Below are positions 1-8,657 of a stretch of 62,845 nt of DNA, one piece after another. Origin of the DNA: Thermoanaerobaculia bacterium (GTDB taxonomy: Bacteria; Acidobacteriota; Thermoanaerobaculia; UBA5066; Gp7-AA6); assembly GCA_035500755.1 (NCBI GenBank), contig DATJXB010000045.1, forward strand, positions 1 to 62,845. Direction: 5' to 3'. A model generated the notes under the pieces. That model saw nothing but the letters and a program-made list of their open reading frames with translations, did not search any database and was not told the origin of the DNA. Both the position numbers and the translations under genes were made by a program. Position 1 is the first letter of the stretch. Each line of letters starts with the position of its first letter.

Positions 1-120
1 GGCCTGCGCCGGCGCGGCCGACGCGGCGGGCTTGGTCTCCGCCGGCTTCTGGGCCAGAGCGGCGCCCGCGACGAGGAGGGCGGCGGCCGACAACCGGCCA
101 ATTTTCAGGACATGACGCAT
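1..120 (-). CDS. 5' end of a gene for an exported protein (signal-peptide region only); continues past the window edge
   Basis: ATG at 120-118 lies 9 nt downstream of AGGAGG (complement of 130-135). Translation is MRHVLKIGRLSAAALLVAGAALAQKPAETKPAA, i.e. a basic n-region, a hydrophobic core and an Ala-rich cleavage region. Absent from the ORF track because the window edge truncates it. Confidence 0.4.
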   Translation of the reverse strand, partial: MRHVLKIGRLSAAALLVAGAALAQKPAETKPAASAAPAQA

Positions 121-221
121 CTTCGGTTTCCTCCTAATAGAGCGAATCAAACGCGGTAAACCCTCGGTAATCCGGGCCTATTTCCGAAAACGACCCCATT
201 AGACCAGACTCCGAGGGAAAG

Positions 222-1625
222 ATGAGCGAAATCCGGCGTTTTCACCTCGTCCCCGTCGGGGGGACCGCCATGGTGCCGCTGGCGGCGCTGCTCCTCGAAG
301 AGGGACACCGGGTGACGGGGAGCGACGGGCCGCTCTATCCCCCGATGTCGACGCTCCTCGAGAAGCTCGGCATCCCGGTCGCCGAAGGGTTCGCGCCCGA
401 GCACGTGCCGGCCGACTGCGACACCGTGATCGTCGGCAATGCCGCTCTGAGGGACAACGTCGAAGCGGCCGAAGCGGCGCGCCGCGGGTTGCCCGTGCTC
501 TCGCTGCCGCAGGCCGTGCGCAAACACCTGCTGCCCGGGAAGCTCTCGATTGTCATTGCGGGAACGCACGGCAAGACGACGACCTCGGCGCTGACGGCGT
601 GGCTGCTGCTCGATTCGGGGCGCGATCCGGGATTCCTCGTCGGCGGCGAGATGAAGAACCTCGGCCGCGGCTATCGCCGCGGGCGCGGTCCCCACTTCGT
701 CCTCGAGGGCGACGAGTACAACGCGGCGTTCTTCGACCGCGGGCCGAAGTTCCTGCACTACGAACCGAAGCACCTCTTCGTCGGCAACATCGAGTTCGAC
801 CACGCCGACCTCTACCCGGATCTCGACGCGGTGATCGCGGCGTTTCGCGCCGTGGTCCGACTCGTCCCGGAGGACGGCGTCGTCGTGGTCAACGCCGACG
901 ACCCGCGCGTCGCGGCGCTCGCCGCCGACGCGGCCGCGACAGTCGTGCGCGTCTCGCTCGACGCTCCCGGCGCCGACTTCTCCGCGCAGGACATCGTCTT
1001 CGGTCCGGAAGGCACCACATTCACGCTCCTCGAAGCGGGGCTGCCGACGGCGCGGCTGTCCTCGCCGCTGCCCGGCACGCACAACGTGCGTAACGCCCTC
1101 GGCGCCATCGCGCTCGTCCGCGGCCTCGGGCTCTCGACGAGCGAAGTCGCGCGGAGCCTCCCACGCTTCGAAGGCGTCCGCCGGCGCCTCGACGTGCGCG
1201 GCGAGAAAAACGGCATCCTCGTCGTCGACGACTTCGCGCACCACCCGACCGCCGTGCGCGGCACGCTCCAGGCGGCGCGCTCTCGGTTTCCCGGCCGCCG
1301 GCTCTGGGCGCTCTTCGAGCCGCGCTCGAACACGGCCGGACGCAAGATGTTCGAGGAGGAGTACACCGACGCGTTCGCCGGCGCCGACGCGCTCGTGGTC
1401 GCGCCGGTGTTTCACGCGCGGCGTCTTTCGCCCGACAACCAGATCGATCGCGCGGCGCTCGTCCGCCGCTTCGCCGACGGTAGCGGGCGTCCGGCGTTCG
1501 CCCCCGACACGATCGCCGAGATCCCCGCGATCCTGCGCCGCGAAGCGCGCCCCGGCGACGTCCTGCTCCTGATGTCCTCGGGCGCCTTCGGCGGACTGCC
1601 CGAGTTCCTGCTCGACGCCTTGTGA
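222..1625 (+). CDS. mpl: UDP-N-acetylmuramate:L-alanyl-gamma-D-glutamyl-meso-diaminopimelate ligase (murein peptide ligase)
   Basis: 467-aa ORF with the Mur-ligase N-terminus (HLVPVGGTAMVPLAALLLEEGHRVTGSD) and P-loop (IAGTHGKTTTSAL). GAGG lies upstream of the ATG. Confidence 0.85.
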   Translation: MSEIRRFHLVPVGGTAMVPLAALLLEEGHRVTGSDGPLYPPMSTLLEKLGIPVAEGFAPEHVPADCDTVIVGNAALRDNVEAAEAARRGLPVLSLPQAVRKHLLPGKLSIVIAGTHGKTTTSALTAWLLLDSGRDPGFLVGGEMKNLGRGYRRGRGPHFVLEGDEYNAAFFDRGPKFLHYEPKHLFVGNIEFDHADLYPDLDAVIAAFRAVVRLVPEDGVVVVNADDPRVAALAADAAATVVRVSLDAPGADFSAQDIVFGPEGTTFTLLEAGLPTARLSSPLPGTHNVRNALGAIALVRGLGLSTSEVARSLPRFEGVRRRLDVRGEKNGILVVDDFAHHPTAVRGTLQAARSRFPGRRLWALFEPRSNTAGRKMFEEEYTDAFAGADALVVAPVFHARRLSPDNQIDRAALVRRFADGSGRPAFAPDTIAEIPAILRREARPGDVLLLMSSGAFGGLPEFLLDAL

Positions 1626-3403
1626 GCGGCCGCGCCGGCGCAATCCTCAAGTGCAGCCACCGGTTCGTATCCACCAGTCGAGTGCTCCCCCCCCCCCAAC
1701 GCTCCAATTCCTGGCGGGCCGAGTCTTCGTGCCTCGTAGGTCCACGGAGGTGGAACTACCGGGAAGAGTAGAAACTGGACCTGGTCAAACGCACCGACGC
1801 CACTGACATCGATGTAGCGAAGCGCTCCCGGCCCATAGCTCCGCGGGATCAGGAAGGCTACGACCGGGTCTCGAGCAAATCGATTATTCGGGCAGGGCTC
1901 AAGGGAGCGCCCGTCCGGCCCTCTTACCACTGGTGCCACGGCCGTTGGCAGGGTCGGCGCCATCAGTCGAATGTTGAGAACTGCATCGCCGCCCCCAACA
2001 AAGCCCTCGATTGGCTGCCGAAGAACAACGCTGCTACTCTGGATCACACCCCACTCCCAGTCGAGCACCTGAGCGTTCGCGTGCAAGCAGAGGACGGCTG
2101 CGGCAAGCAGACACACCGTGACAATCCAATGGCGCCTCGTCACGGCAAGACACGCCGCAGCCGAAATCCACACGCCGGGCAAGAGCGGAAGACCGAAGCG
2201 CGGCAGCGATCCCAAGATCAGGTCTTGAGCGACACAAGCCAACAAGATCGCCATCCCGATTGCGGCCTCTCGGCGTCGTGACGTGGCCCCCGCGACGAGC
2301 AGGGTCGCGACTGAAAATGCCGTCACCAATGGCGTCGCGATGCGCGACCAACGAGTGGCGAAGGCGTACCACCCCGACCAACGTGCGTCGTAGTAATCGG
2401 TACCGAACACGCCATGGAACATCCGCCACACGAGCTGCCGCGTACGGTCGGGTTCGGGGCCGGCTAGGAAGCCGCGCCATCGAGTCGCTGCAAGCCGAAG
2501 TTCCGCTGCGGCCAGAGGCCGGCCCGATGCCGCTCTGGCCCAACCGCCGTATGACTCCGGCCACCCGTAATCGGCGCTTCCGAGCAGTACGACGCCGCCC
2601 AGGGCGCGCAACGGGTCATTGCCGCTCGGTGGCCGTGTTGCCTCCCAGCTGACCGCCACGAGCAGGCCAGCAGCCGCCAACGCCGCCAGCAGGCGACGGC
2701 GGAGTGTTGGAAGTGTGGCCCAGCCCACCGTCAAGGCCACGGCGGCAACGGCACCGACGTTGGGCCGTACCAGGATCAGCGCAGCAACGAGTAGCCCGAC
2801 GGGTATCCAAGAATATCGGGCGCGTGGCGGCCACACGCTCTGGACCACAACGACAATGAAGAGGGCCGTCGCGAGGGCTTCGGACATGACCGCGCTTGCG
2901 ACGTCGCGCAGTCGAAGCACTCCGAGTAACGTGACGAGCAGAGCCACGGAGGCAGACGAGCGGCCTCGAAACCACACATAGAGCCAGGACAAGGCGATCG
3001 CCGCGAACAGAAGGAGGGATTGCGTGACGACGATGGCGCGCTCCTCGTGACGGGGCGACAGCCGGCCTGCCAGAGCCAGGAATGTAATGAAGCCGGTCTT
3101 TATGGCGTGAGGTCCCGCGAACTCGACGTCGGCCGACGAAGGACCTCTCAAGACGTTGATGCCTCGGTGGGCAAGCGTGAGATCGACGTTGCTGTCGGTC
3201 CACGAAACTACGGGAGAGACCACTGCAGCCCAGATGTATACGAGGCCGCCCGCCACCAGCAGTGTGGCGATCAACAGGAGCTGCAAGCGACGGCGGCTGC
3301 CGCTCACAGGACCCTCAGGTTGGTGGGCTCGTCCTTCTGAACGACGAGCTTCGGTCGAATCGTCGCTGGCCATTGGAAGAATCCTAGCTCCCGTCGCCAG
3401 CAC
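1412..3403 (-). CDS. Polytopic membrane protein, GT-C/ArnT-like fold suspected; the 3' end as sequenced is probably out of frame
   Basis: 663-aa ORF with many hydrophobic segments and a C-terminal soluble domain. It is a paralogue of the divergent gene 3493-5214 (shared WG(T/S)ADY..W and W(R)xFHG(L/V)F motifs). After the G11 tract (1687-1697) the tail turns low-complexity and overlaps mpl antisense. With 12 G the ORF would stop at 1649-1647. Confidence 0.6.
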   Translation of the reverse strand: MLATGARILPMASDDSTEARRSEGRAHQPEGPVSGSRRRLQLLLIATLLVAGGLVYIWAAVVSPVVSWTDSNVDLTLAHRGINVLRGPSSADVEFAGPHAIKTGFITFLALAGRLSPRHEERAIVVTQSLLLFAAIALSWLYVWFRGRSSASVALLVTLLGVLRLRDVASAVMSEALATALFIVVVVQSVWPPRARYSWIPVGLLVAALILVRPNVGAVAAVALTVGWATLPTLRRRLLAALAAAGLLVAVSWEATRPPSGNDPLRALGGVVLLGSADYGWPESYGGWARAASGRPLAAAELRLAATRWRGFLAGPEPDRTRQLVWRMFHGVFGTDYYDARWSGWYAFATRWSRIATPLVTAFSVATLLVAGATSRRREAAIGMAILLACVAQDLILGSLPRFGLPLLPGVWISAAACLAVTRRHWIVTVCLLAAAVLCLHANAQVLDWEWGVIQSSSVVLRQPIEGFVGGGDAVLNIRLMAPTLPTAVAPVVRGPDGRSLEPCPNNRFARDPVVAFLIPRSYGPGALRYIDVSGVGAFDQVQFLLFPVVPPPWTYEARRLGPPGIGALGGGEHSTGGYEPVAALEDCAGAAAHKASSRNSGSPPKAPEDIRSRTSPGRASRRRIAGISAIVSGANAGRPLPSAKRRTSAARSIWLSGERRRA
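1687..1697. repeat. Homopolymer tract C x11 (G x11 on the coding strand of ORF 1412-3403)
   Basis: Counted directly: agtgct + 11 c + aacgc. Longest mononucleotide run I noticed in the window. Confidence 0.95.
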
Positions 3404-3492
3404 CGCGTGCGATCGGGGGATGCCTCCCGGCTAGAAGAGCGCTTTTCAGAACCTCCCAGAAAGGCGCGCAATCGCGGCTCCTAAAATAGGGC

Positions 3493-5214
3493 ATGCGAGT
3501 ATTCCCGGGAGGGGAGCCGCTCTCGCCGAAAGTGTCAATCGTCAAGAGTTCCTGGGTCCGTTGGGCGTCGACACTGCTTGTCGCGTCCTACGCCGCAATT
3601 CTCGCGGTCGGAGCGACGCGCGCCAGTCCCGGCATCGATGTCGCGGCCAACGATCTGACCATTCTCCAAAGATGGCAGAGCGAAGGGCGTCTCACGTCGC
3701 ATCCCACGGACTCGTCGCATCTGACCAAGCCCGGATACATCGCCGTCCTGCGCCTCCTCCTGCCGAGCCGCGGCGCCTCGGCCTCCGAGAACCGTCGTTT
3801 CCTGTTCGTCAACGCCGCGTTCCTCCTGGCTGGCGCTGGATTTCTGGGCTCCGCGCTCGCCCGACACGTCGGCCCTTCGAGCGGGTTCTTCTTCCTGGCG
3901 TTTCTCGTCCTCCTTCTCCCGCTGCGCGACGGCGCCGACTACGTCGGAAGCGAGGCCATCGCGAGCGGGCTCGCGATGCTCGCCGCCGCCTTCTGGATTC
4001 TCGGCCGGAGTGGAGGTCGCGCCTGGCTCTCCGCCGCGGGCGTGGTCGGCGCGCTCCTGACGACGATCCGCCCGAACGTGGGGCTCCTGCTCGTGGCCCT
4101 CGCGCTCGCGCTTGGCGGCGGCGAGCTCCGGCCGAAGATCTCGCCCCGGACCGCGGGCCTCGCCTTCGGCGCCACACTCGTCGCTCTCCTCGCGCTCCTG
4201 CGCGCCGCGGGAGATCGCACCCACACGCTCGAGGAGACGTCGCGGACGGCCCTCTGGGGAACGGCCGACTACTACTGGCGCTTCGACGTCGGGACGTGGC
4301 CGGACGACCCCGACCCGCTGACGTCGACCCGACTGCAGCTGGCGAAGACGACGGCGCGCTGGCGCGCGTCCTTCCGGCCCTTCACGGAGAATCGGGCGCG
4401 CTCGCTCGAGTGGCGCGCGTTCCACGGCCTCTTCTCCGCCGACGAGCTTCCGCCGCGCTGGCGCGCGCCGCGCTACCTCGCGTGGGACGCCGCGGTGCGC
4501 CGCTGGTGGTGGCTCGGCGCCGTCCTGGTCGTTGCCCTGTCGGCAGGGGCGGCTGTGGGCGGGCGCAACGCCCATCGCTGGACCGGCCTGCTCGTCGTCG
4601 CCTTCGTCGTCGCGCAGTCGCTCGCTTTCGGCGCCGACCCGAGGCTCGCCCTGCCCGCGCTGCCGCTCGCCGGCGCGGGCGTCGCGGCGGCCCTCCCGTC
4701 TTTCCGCCGGAGCACGCGCTCTCTCGCGGTCGCTCTCGCCGTCGGGGCGCTGCTTACCTGGCGGCTCGCCCGTATTCCGGACGTCGCGGACTACGACTTT
4801 GCCCTCGTCCGAGGTCCGGGCCAAACCATCGAAGAGCTCCTACCGCCCGGGCGGGTGCCGGCAGCGCCGCGACGGCTCCACTTCCGGCTCCTCCAGGAAC
4901 CGCCCTTTGCGGCCGGCTTCGTGGCCTCGGTTGACGGGCGGGTCGTCCTTCGTCGCGAGACCGGCGATCCGTCGCCCGTGCCCGCGTTCTTCACCGCCGC
5001 ACTGACGGAGGACGAGGCGCAGCGCGCGCGCCGCTCGGGCCTGAGGCTCACGCTGACGACGCTGCCGGCCGCCAACAGCGATTCCTTCGTCTACTTTCCC
5101 GCTTCGCCGCCCGCGCTCGGGCTTTCCTGCCAGGTCGACGGCAGCGACCGCATTCCCTCCGCCTTCTTCGGACAGACGCGAGGCGGATGGCCCGTCTGGG
5201 TCACACCGGACTGA
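3493..5214 (+). CDS. Polytopic membrane protein, paralogue of 1412-3403 (GT-C-like)
   Basis: 573-aa ORF with multiple TM segments. The block WGTADYYWRF...ARWRASFRPF...LEWRAFHGLFSADE aligns with LGSADYGWPE...TRWRGFLAGP...LVWRMFHGVFGTDY of the divergent neighbour. TAAAAT at 3482-3487 sits immediately upstream of the ATG. Confidence 0.7.
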   Translation: MRVFPGGEPLSPKVSIVKSSWVRWASTLLVASYAAILAVGATRASPGIDVAANDLTILQRWQSEGRLTSHPTDSSHLTKPGYIAVLRLLLPSRGASASENRRFLFVNAAFLLAGAGFLGSALARHVGPSSGFFFLAFLVLLLPLRDGADYVGSEAIASGLAMLAAAFWILGRSGGRAWLSAAGVVGALLTTIRPNVGLLLVALALALGGGELRPKISPRTAGLAFGATLVALLALLRAAGDRTHTLEETSRTALWGTADYYWRFDVGTWPDDPDPLTSTRLQLAKTTARWRASFRPFTENRARSLEWRAFHGLFSADELPPRWRAPRYLAWDAAVRRWWWLGAVLVVALSAGAAVGGRNAHRWTGLLVVAFVVAQSLAFGADPRLALPALPLAGAGVAAALPSFRRSTRSLAVALAVGALLTWRLARIPDVADYDFALVRGPGQTIEELLPPGRVPAAPRRLHFRLLQEPPFAAGFVASVDGRVVLRRETGDPSPVPAFFTAALTEDEAQRARRSGLRLTLTTLPAANSDSFVYFPASPPALGLSCQVDGSDRIPSAFFGQTRGGWPVWVTPD

Positions 5215-6559
5215 CGGCGCTGGATCCCGGTGCCGCCCGCGCCGCGAGCACGAGCGTCAGGGCCGGAAAGAGCGTCGTCGCGATGCGCGAGAACGCGGCG
5301 TCGACCGCGTACGCGGGCCCGTAGGCCGACAGCGTGAACGCGGCGACGTAGCCGAGAAGCTGCAGGGCCAGCACGCCGAGGAGCCAGTCCGCCGCGCCGC
5401 GCCTGGTCGCGATCAGCAGGACCACGATCGCGAGAAGGGGAACGGACGCCGGCAGCACGTCGGCCACGAGCAATCGCGCGAGCGCCGCGCCGAACCGCGC
5501 GGGCAACTCACCCCAGCGTCCGGGGGAAAGCAGCGCGAGGTCGAAATCCCGCGAGGGCCGGTGCCCGCGGAGCACGACTTGGAGCACGCCGTGGAGCGCG
5601 ACCGGGAGGACGAGCGCGACCCCGCCGCTTCGGGCGCGCCGCGCCTCCGTGGGCCGCAGCTTCCACCACACCGCCGCCGCGAGCAGCACCGAAAGCAGCG
5701 CCCCTTCCTGCTTGACCGACGCCGCAAAGAGCGCCGCGGCGGCCAGACGCGCCGTCTCGCCCGCGGAGGCCTCGAGTGCGAAGTCCGACGCGGCCACCGT
5801 CAGGAGCACGGCGGCGAGCGCGAAGGGTATCTCCGCCGTGCCGACGTTCGACGGCCGGTAGAGGAAGAAGCAGAGCGCCGAGAGTGCTGCGGCGAGTGCG
5901 CCGGCCACGCGCGAAACGCGCCGGGCGAGAAATCCCGAGAGCGCGAGGAGCGTCGCCAGCGCGCACGCGGGATAGAGCAGAGAAAGCGCCGGCTCGTTCC
6001 ACTGACCCGCCGCGGCGGCGAGCGCGGAAAGCGACAGCGGCACGAGCAGCGGATACTCCGGGTGCGCGAAGTCGAGCGCCGGGTCGGCGAAGAGACGCGC
6101 CGGCACCGTCCCGGCCTCGTACACGATCTTCGCCTTGTAGCCCCACACCGCAAGAAAATCCGTGGCCCACGGCGAGTCCGCGACCGCGGTCAACAGGAAG
6201 AGCGCCCACGCCGCTCCGGCCACGATGGCGAGCGCGACCGTCAGCGCGTCGATCTGGCGGCGGGCCGGAAACCAGCCGGGCGCCGGGCGGCGCCGGAGGA
6301 TCCCGGCGGCGAGCGCGGCGACGCCGATACCGAGCTCGACACCCAGAACGCCGGGGGTGCTCGGACGTGCCCCGACGGCGAGGACGACGAGCAGACCGAT
6401 CGCCTGGACCATCAGTCCGGCCGCGAAGCTCCAGGCGAACTTCTCGCGTCCGGTCACGCCCGCCGTGAACATCCGCGCGACGGTCCAGCCGCAGACCGTC
6501 GCGACGGCGAGCGCGAGCAGCACACCGCCGAGGGCGCCCCAGACCGGCGGAAGGCTCAT
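5201..6559 (-). CDS. Polytopic integral membrane protein (GT-C / O-antigen-polymerase-like, function unknown)
   Basis: 452-aa strongly hydrophobic ORF. Its ATG overlaps the stop of the upstream small gene (ATGA at 6559-6556). Its 3' end overlaps 3493-5214 convergently by 14 nt. Confidence 0.7.
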   Translation of the reverse strand: MSLPPVWGALGGVLLALAVATVCGWTVARMFTAGVTGREKFAWSFAAGLMVQAIGLLVVLAVGARPSTPGVLGVELGIGVAALAAGILRRRPAPGWFPARRQIDALTVALAIVAGAAWALFLLTAVADSPWATDFLAVWGYKAKIVYEAGTVPARLFADPALDFAHPEYPLLVPLSLSALAAAAGQWNEPALSLLYPACALATLLALSGFLARRVSRVAGALAAALSALCFFLYRPSNVGTAEIPFALAAVLLTVAASDFALEASAGETARLAAAALFAASVKQEGALLSVLLAAAVWWKLRPTEARRARSGGVALVLPVALHGVLQVVLRGHRPSRDFDLALLSPGRWGELPARFGAALARLLVADVLPASVPLLAIVVLLIATRRGAADWLLGVLALQLLGYVAAFTLSAYGPAYAVDAAFSRIATTLFPALTLVLAARAAPGSSAVSPV

Positions 6560-6966
6560 CGCGTCTCGAGCCTTCCGTGCGCGACGGGCTGGCCGTCCGG
6601 GACCTGCCCGATCGCAGGGCCATAGGCCGCGACGAACCGGGCCTCGGTTCGGCGGTCGCGCCCGACGACACGCCGCGGCGCGAGCCGGTAAACGGCCTGG
6701 TAGAAGTAGAGGTCGGGCGACTCCGGAGCGAGAACGGCGACCGTGGCGTCTTCCGGCGTGCGGCGGGCGACGTCCTCGAGAAACGACGCGTACTCGGGGT
6801 CGAACCAGAAGCTCGCCGCCTCCGGGTCGTATCCCTCGGCGCCCGTCAGCGCCGCCGCGAGGCGCGACAGGCGCTGCCCCGTTTCTTCGAACGACAACGG
6901 CGTCGCCATCGAGGCGGCGAGGACGAGAAGCGACAGGACGGCGGCGAAGCGCCTAGCTTTGTCCAT
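6556..6966 (-). CDS. Small secreted protein of unknown function
   Basis: 136-aa ORF with N-terminal signal peptide MDKARRFAAVLSLLVLAASMA. Translationally coupled to 5201-6559. Its start overlaps the 3' end of the FAH-family gene by 14 nt. Confidence 0.6.
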   Translation of the reverse strand: MDKARRFAAVLSLLVLAASMATPLSFEETGQRLSRLAAALTGAEGYDPEAASFWFDPEYASFLEDVARRTPEDATVAVLAPESPDLYFYQAVYRLAPRRVVGRDRRTEARFVAAYGPAIGQVPDGQPVAHGRLETR

Positions 6967-7609
6967 CCGCGACCCGGTTCCTCAGGACGCCGATCCCCTC
7001 GATCTCGACCTCGACGACGTCGCCGGGCGACAGGGGGCCGACACCCGCGGGCGTTCCCGTCAGGATCAGGTCGCCGGGCAGGAGCGTCATCATCCGCGAG
7101 ACGTACGCCAGCAGAAACGCCGGCGAGAACACCATCTCCGAGACGCGCGCCGACTGGCGCGCCGCGCCGTTGACGCGCGTCGCGATCGCCGCGTTCGACG
7201 GGTCGTAGCCGGCGACGATCTCGGGGCCGATCGGGCAGAACGTGTCGAAGGACTTCGAGCGCGCGAACTGCTTGTCCTTCTTCTGGAGGTCGCGCGCGGT
7301 GACGTCATTGGCGCAGCAGACGCCCGCCAGGGCCTCGAGCCACCGCTCCTGCGGCCAGCGCTTGATCTTCTTCCCCACGACGAGCGCGAGCTCGCCCTCG
7401 TAGTCCACGCGCTGCGACTCGGGCGGCAGCGCGATCTCGCCGCCCGGCAGGACGAGCGCGCTCGGCGCCTTGAGAAACAGGAGCGGTTCGTCCTCGGGCG
7501 CCGTGCCGCCGAACTCGGCGGCGTGCTCGCGGTAGTTCTTGCCGATCGCGACGATCTTCGACGGGAGCGGCGGCGCCTCCGCCGAGCCGAAGGCGATCCG
7601 CCGCGTCAT
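6953..7609 (-). CDS. Fumarylacetoacetate hydrolase (FAH) family protein
   Basis: The real gene is the C-terminal 218 aa of track ORF 6953-8128, starting MTRRIAFGS... at ATG 7609. FAH-family blocks IVAIGKNYREHA, DYEGELALVVGK and GDLILTGTPAGVG are present. The start overlaps the dapF stop (ATGA). Confidence 0.85.
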   Translation of the reverse strand: MTRRIAFGSAEAPPLPSKIVAIGKNYREHAAEFGGTAPEDEPLLFLKAPSALVLPGGEIALPPESQRVDYEGELALVVGKKIKRWPQERWLEALAGVCCANDVTARDLQKKDKQFARSKSFDTFCPIGPEIVAGYDPSNAAIATRVNGAARQSARVSEMVFSPAFLLAYVSRMMTLLPGDLILTGTPAGVGPLSPGDVVEVEIEGIGVLRNRVADGQS

Positions 7610-8433
7610 GGTTTCCAGGCTTCCGGCTGGAGCTCGCCGCGGTAGATCTCGCGCGCGTCGCCCGTCAGGCGCACGCCGACGATGACCTCGCCCTCGTCGC
7701 GGAACTCGACGACGAGGTCCACGCCGCTGCGGGTCCCGCAGGTCACCGGCGAGGCCGCCATGCCCTGGCGGCTCGCCGCGATCGCCGCGGCGACCACGCC
7801 CGAGCCGCAGGAGAGCGTCTCGCCTTCGACGCCGCGCTCCCAGGAGCGCACCGCAATGCGATTCTCGCCCGCGGCGCGCACGAAGTTGACGTTGGCCCCT
7901 TCCGGCAGCGCCGGGTGGCGGCGCAAGGGCGGTCCGAATCGGTCGATCGCGAGAAGCCCCAGGTCGCCGCGGACGAAGACGACCAGGTGCGGCACGCCGA
8001 CTTTCATCGGAATCGCCGTCGGCGGCAGGCCCCGCCCCGAGATGGGAACCGGATCCTGCGGCGCCGGCACCGCGGGAAGCGACAGCGTCACGCTCTCGCC
8101 GTCCACCCGGGTCTCGATCGCTCCCCAACCGGTTTCGAGCGTGGGCGAGGATTCCGAAAGCCCCTGGCGGACCGCGTAGCGGGCGGCGCAGCGCGTGCCG
8201 TTCGCGCAGAAGGTCGCCGGGCCGCCGTCAGCGTTGTAGTAGTCGACGCGGACGCGGTTCTTCTCCCCTTTCGAGAGAAAGAGCGCGCCGTCGGCGCCGA
8301 CGGAGAGGCCGCGCCGGCAGACGAGCGCGAGGCGTTTCTGGTCCTCTTCGCCCAGGCTGCGGCCGTCGCCCTCGAAAACGAGGAAGTCGTTGCCGCCGCC
8401 GGCCATCTTCAGGAAGCGTGAAGGGAGGGACAT
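7606..8433 (-). CDS. dapF: Diaminopimelate epimerase
   Basis: 275 aa. MAGGGNDFLVF N-terminus and both catalytic-Cys motifs (FCANGTRC and SCGSGV). Confidence 0.9.
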   Translation of the reverse strand: MSLPSRFLKMAGGGNDFLVFEGDGRSLGEEDQKRLALVCRRGLSVGADGALFLSKGEKNRVRVDYYNADGGPATFCANGTRCAARYAVRQGLSESSPTLETGWGAIETRVDGESVTLSLPAVPAPQDPVPISGRGLPPTAIPMKVGVPHLVVFVRGDLGLLAIDRFGPPLRRHPALPEGANVNFVRAAGENRIAVRSWERGVEGETLSCGSGVVAAAIAASRQGMAASPVTCGTRSGVDLVVEFRDEGEVIVGVRLTGDAREIYRGELQPEAWKP

Positions 8434-8455
8434 GGGAAGCGGGAGTGTAACCGAG

Positions 8456-8655
8456 CCCCCTCACCTCAAGCCTTCCCCTCCGGGGGACGAGCAGCGCCCC
8501 CTCACCCCAACCCTCTCCCCTCACGGGGGAGAGGGAGAAAGTGCCGAGCGGCGCCTCTCGGCCTGCTCCGGAGGAGAGGGAGAAAGACACGAGCGGCGCC
8601 TCCCCTCTTCAACCCCTCTCCCCCCATCGGGGGGAGAGGGCAGGGTGAGGGGGGG
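8456..8655. repeat. Intergenic REP-like composite palindromic element
   Basis: Perfect hairpins: CCCTCTCCCC(8511-8520)/GGGGAGAGGG(8526-8535), and CCCTCTCCCCCC(8614-8625)/GGGGGGAGAGGG(8629-8640) with a 3-nt loop. A ~29-nt direct repeat, GGAGAGGGAGAAAG-nnnn-GAGCGGCGCCTC, occurs at 8530-8558 and 8574-8602. Outer CCCCCTCACC / GGTGAGGGGG arms are also present. Confidence 0.7.
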
Positions 8656-8657
8656 AA

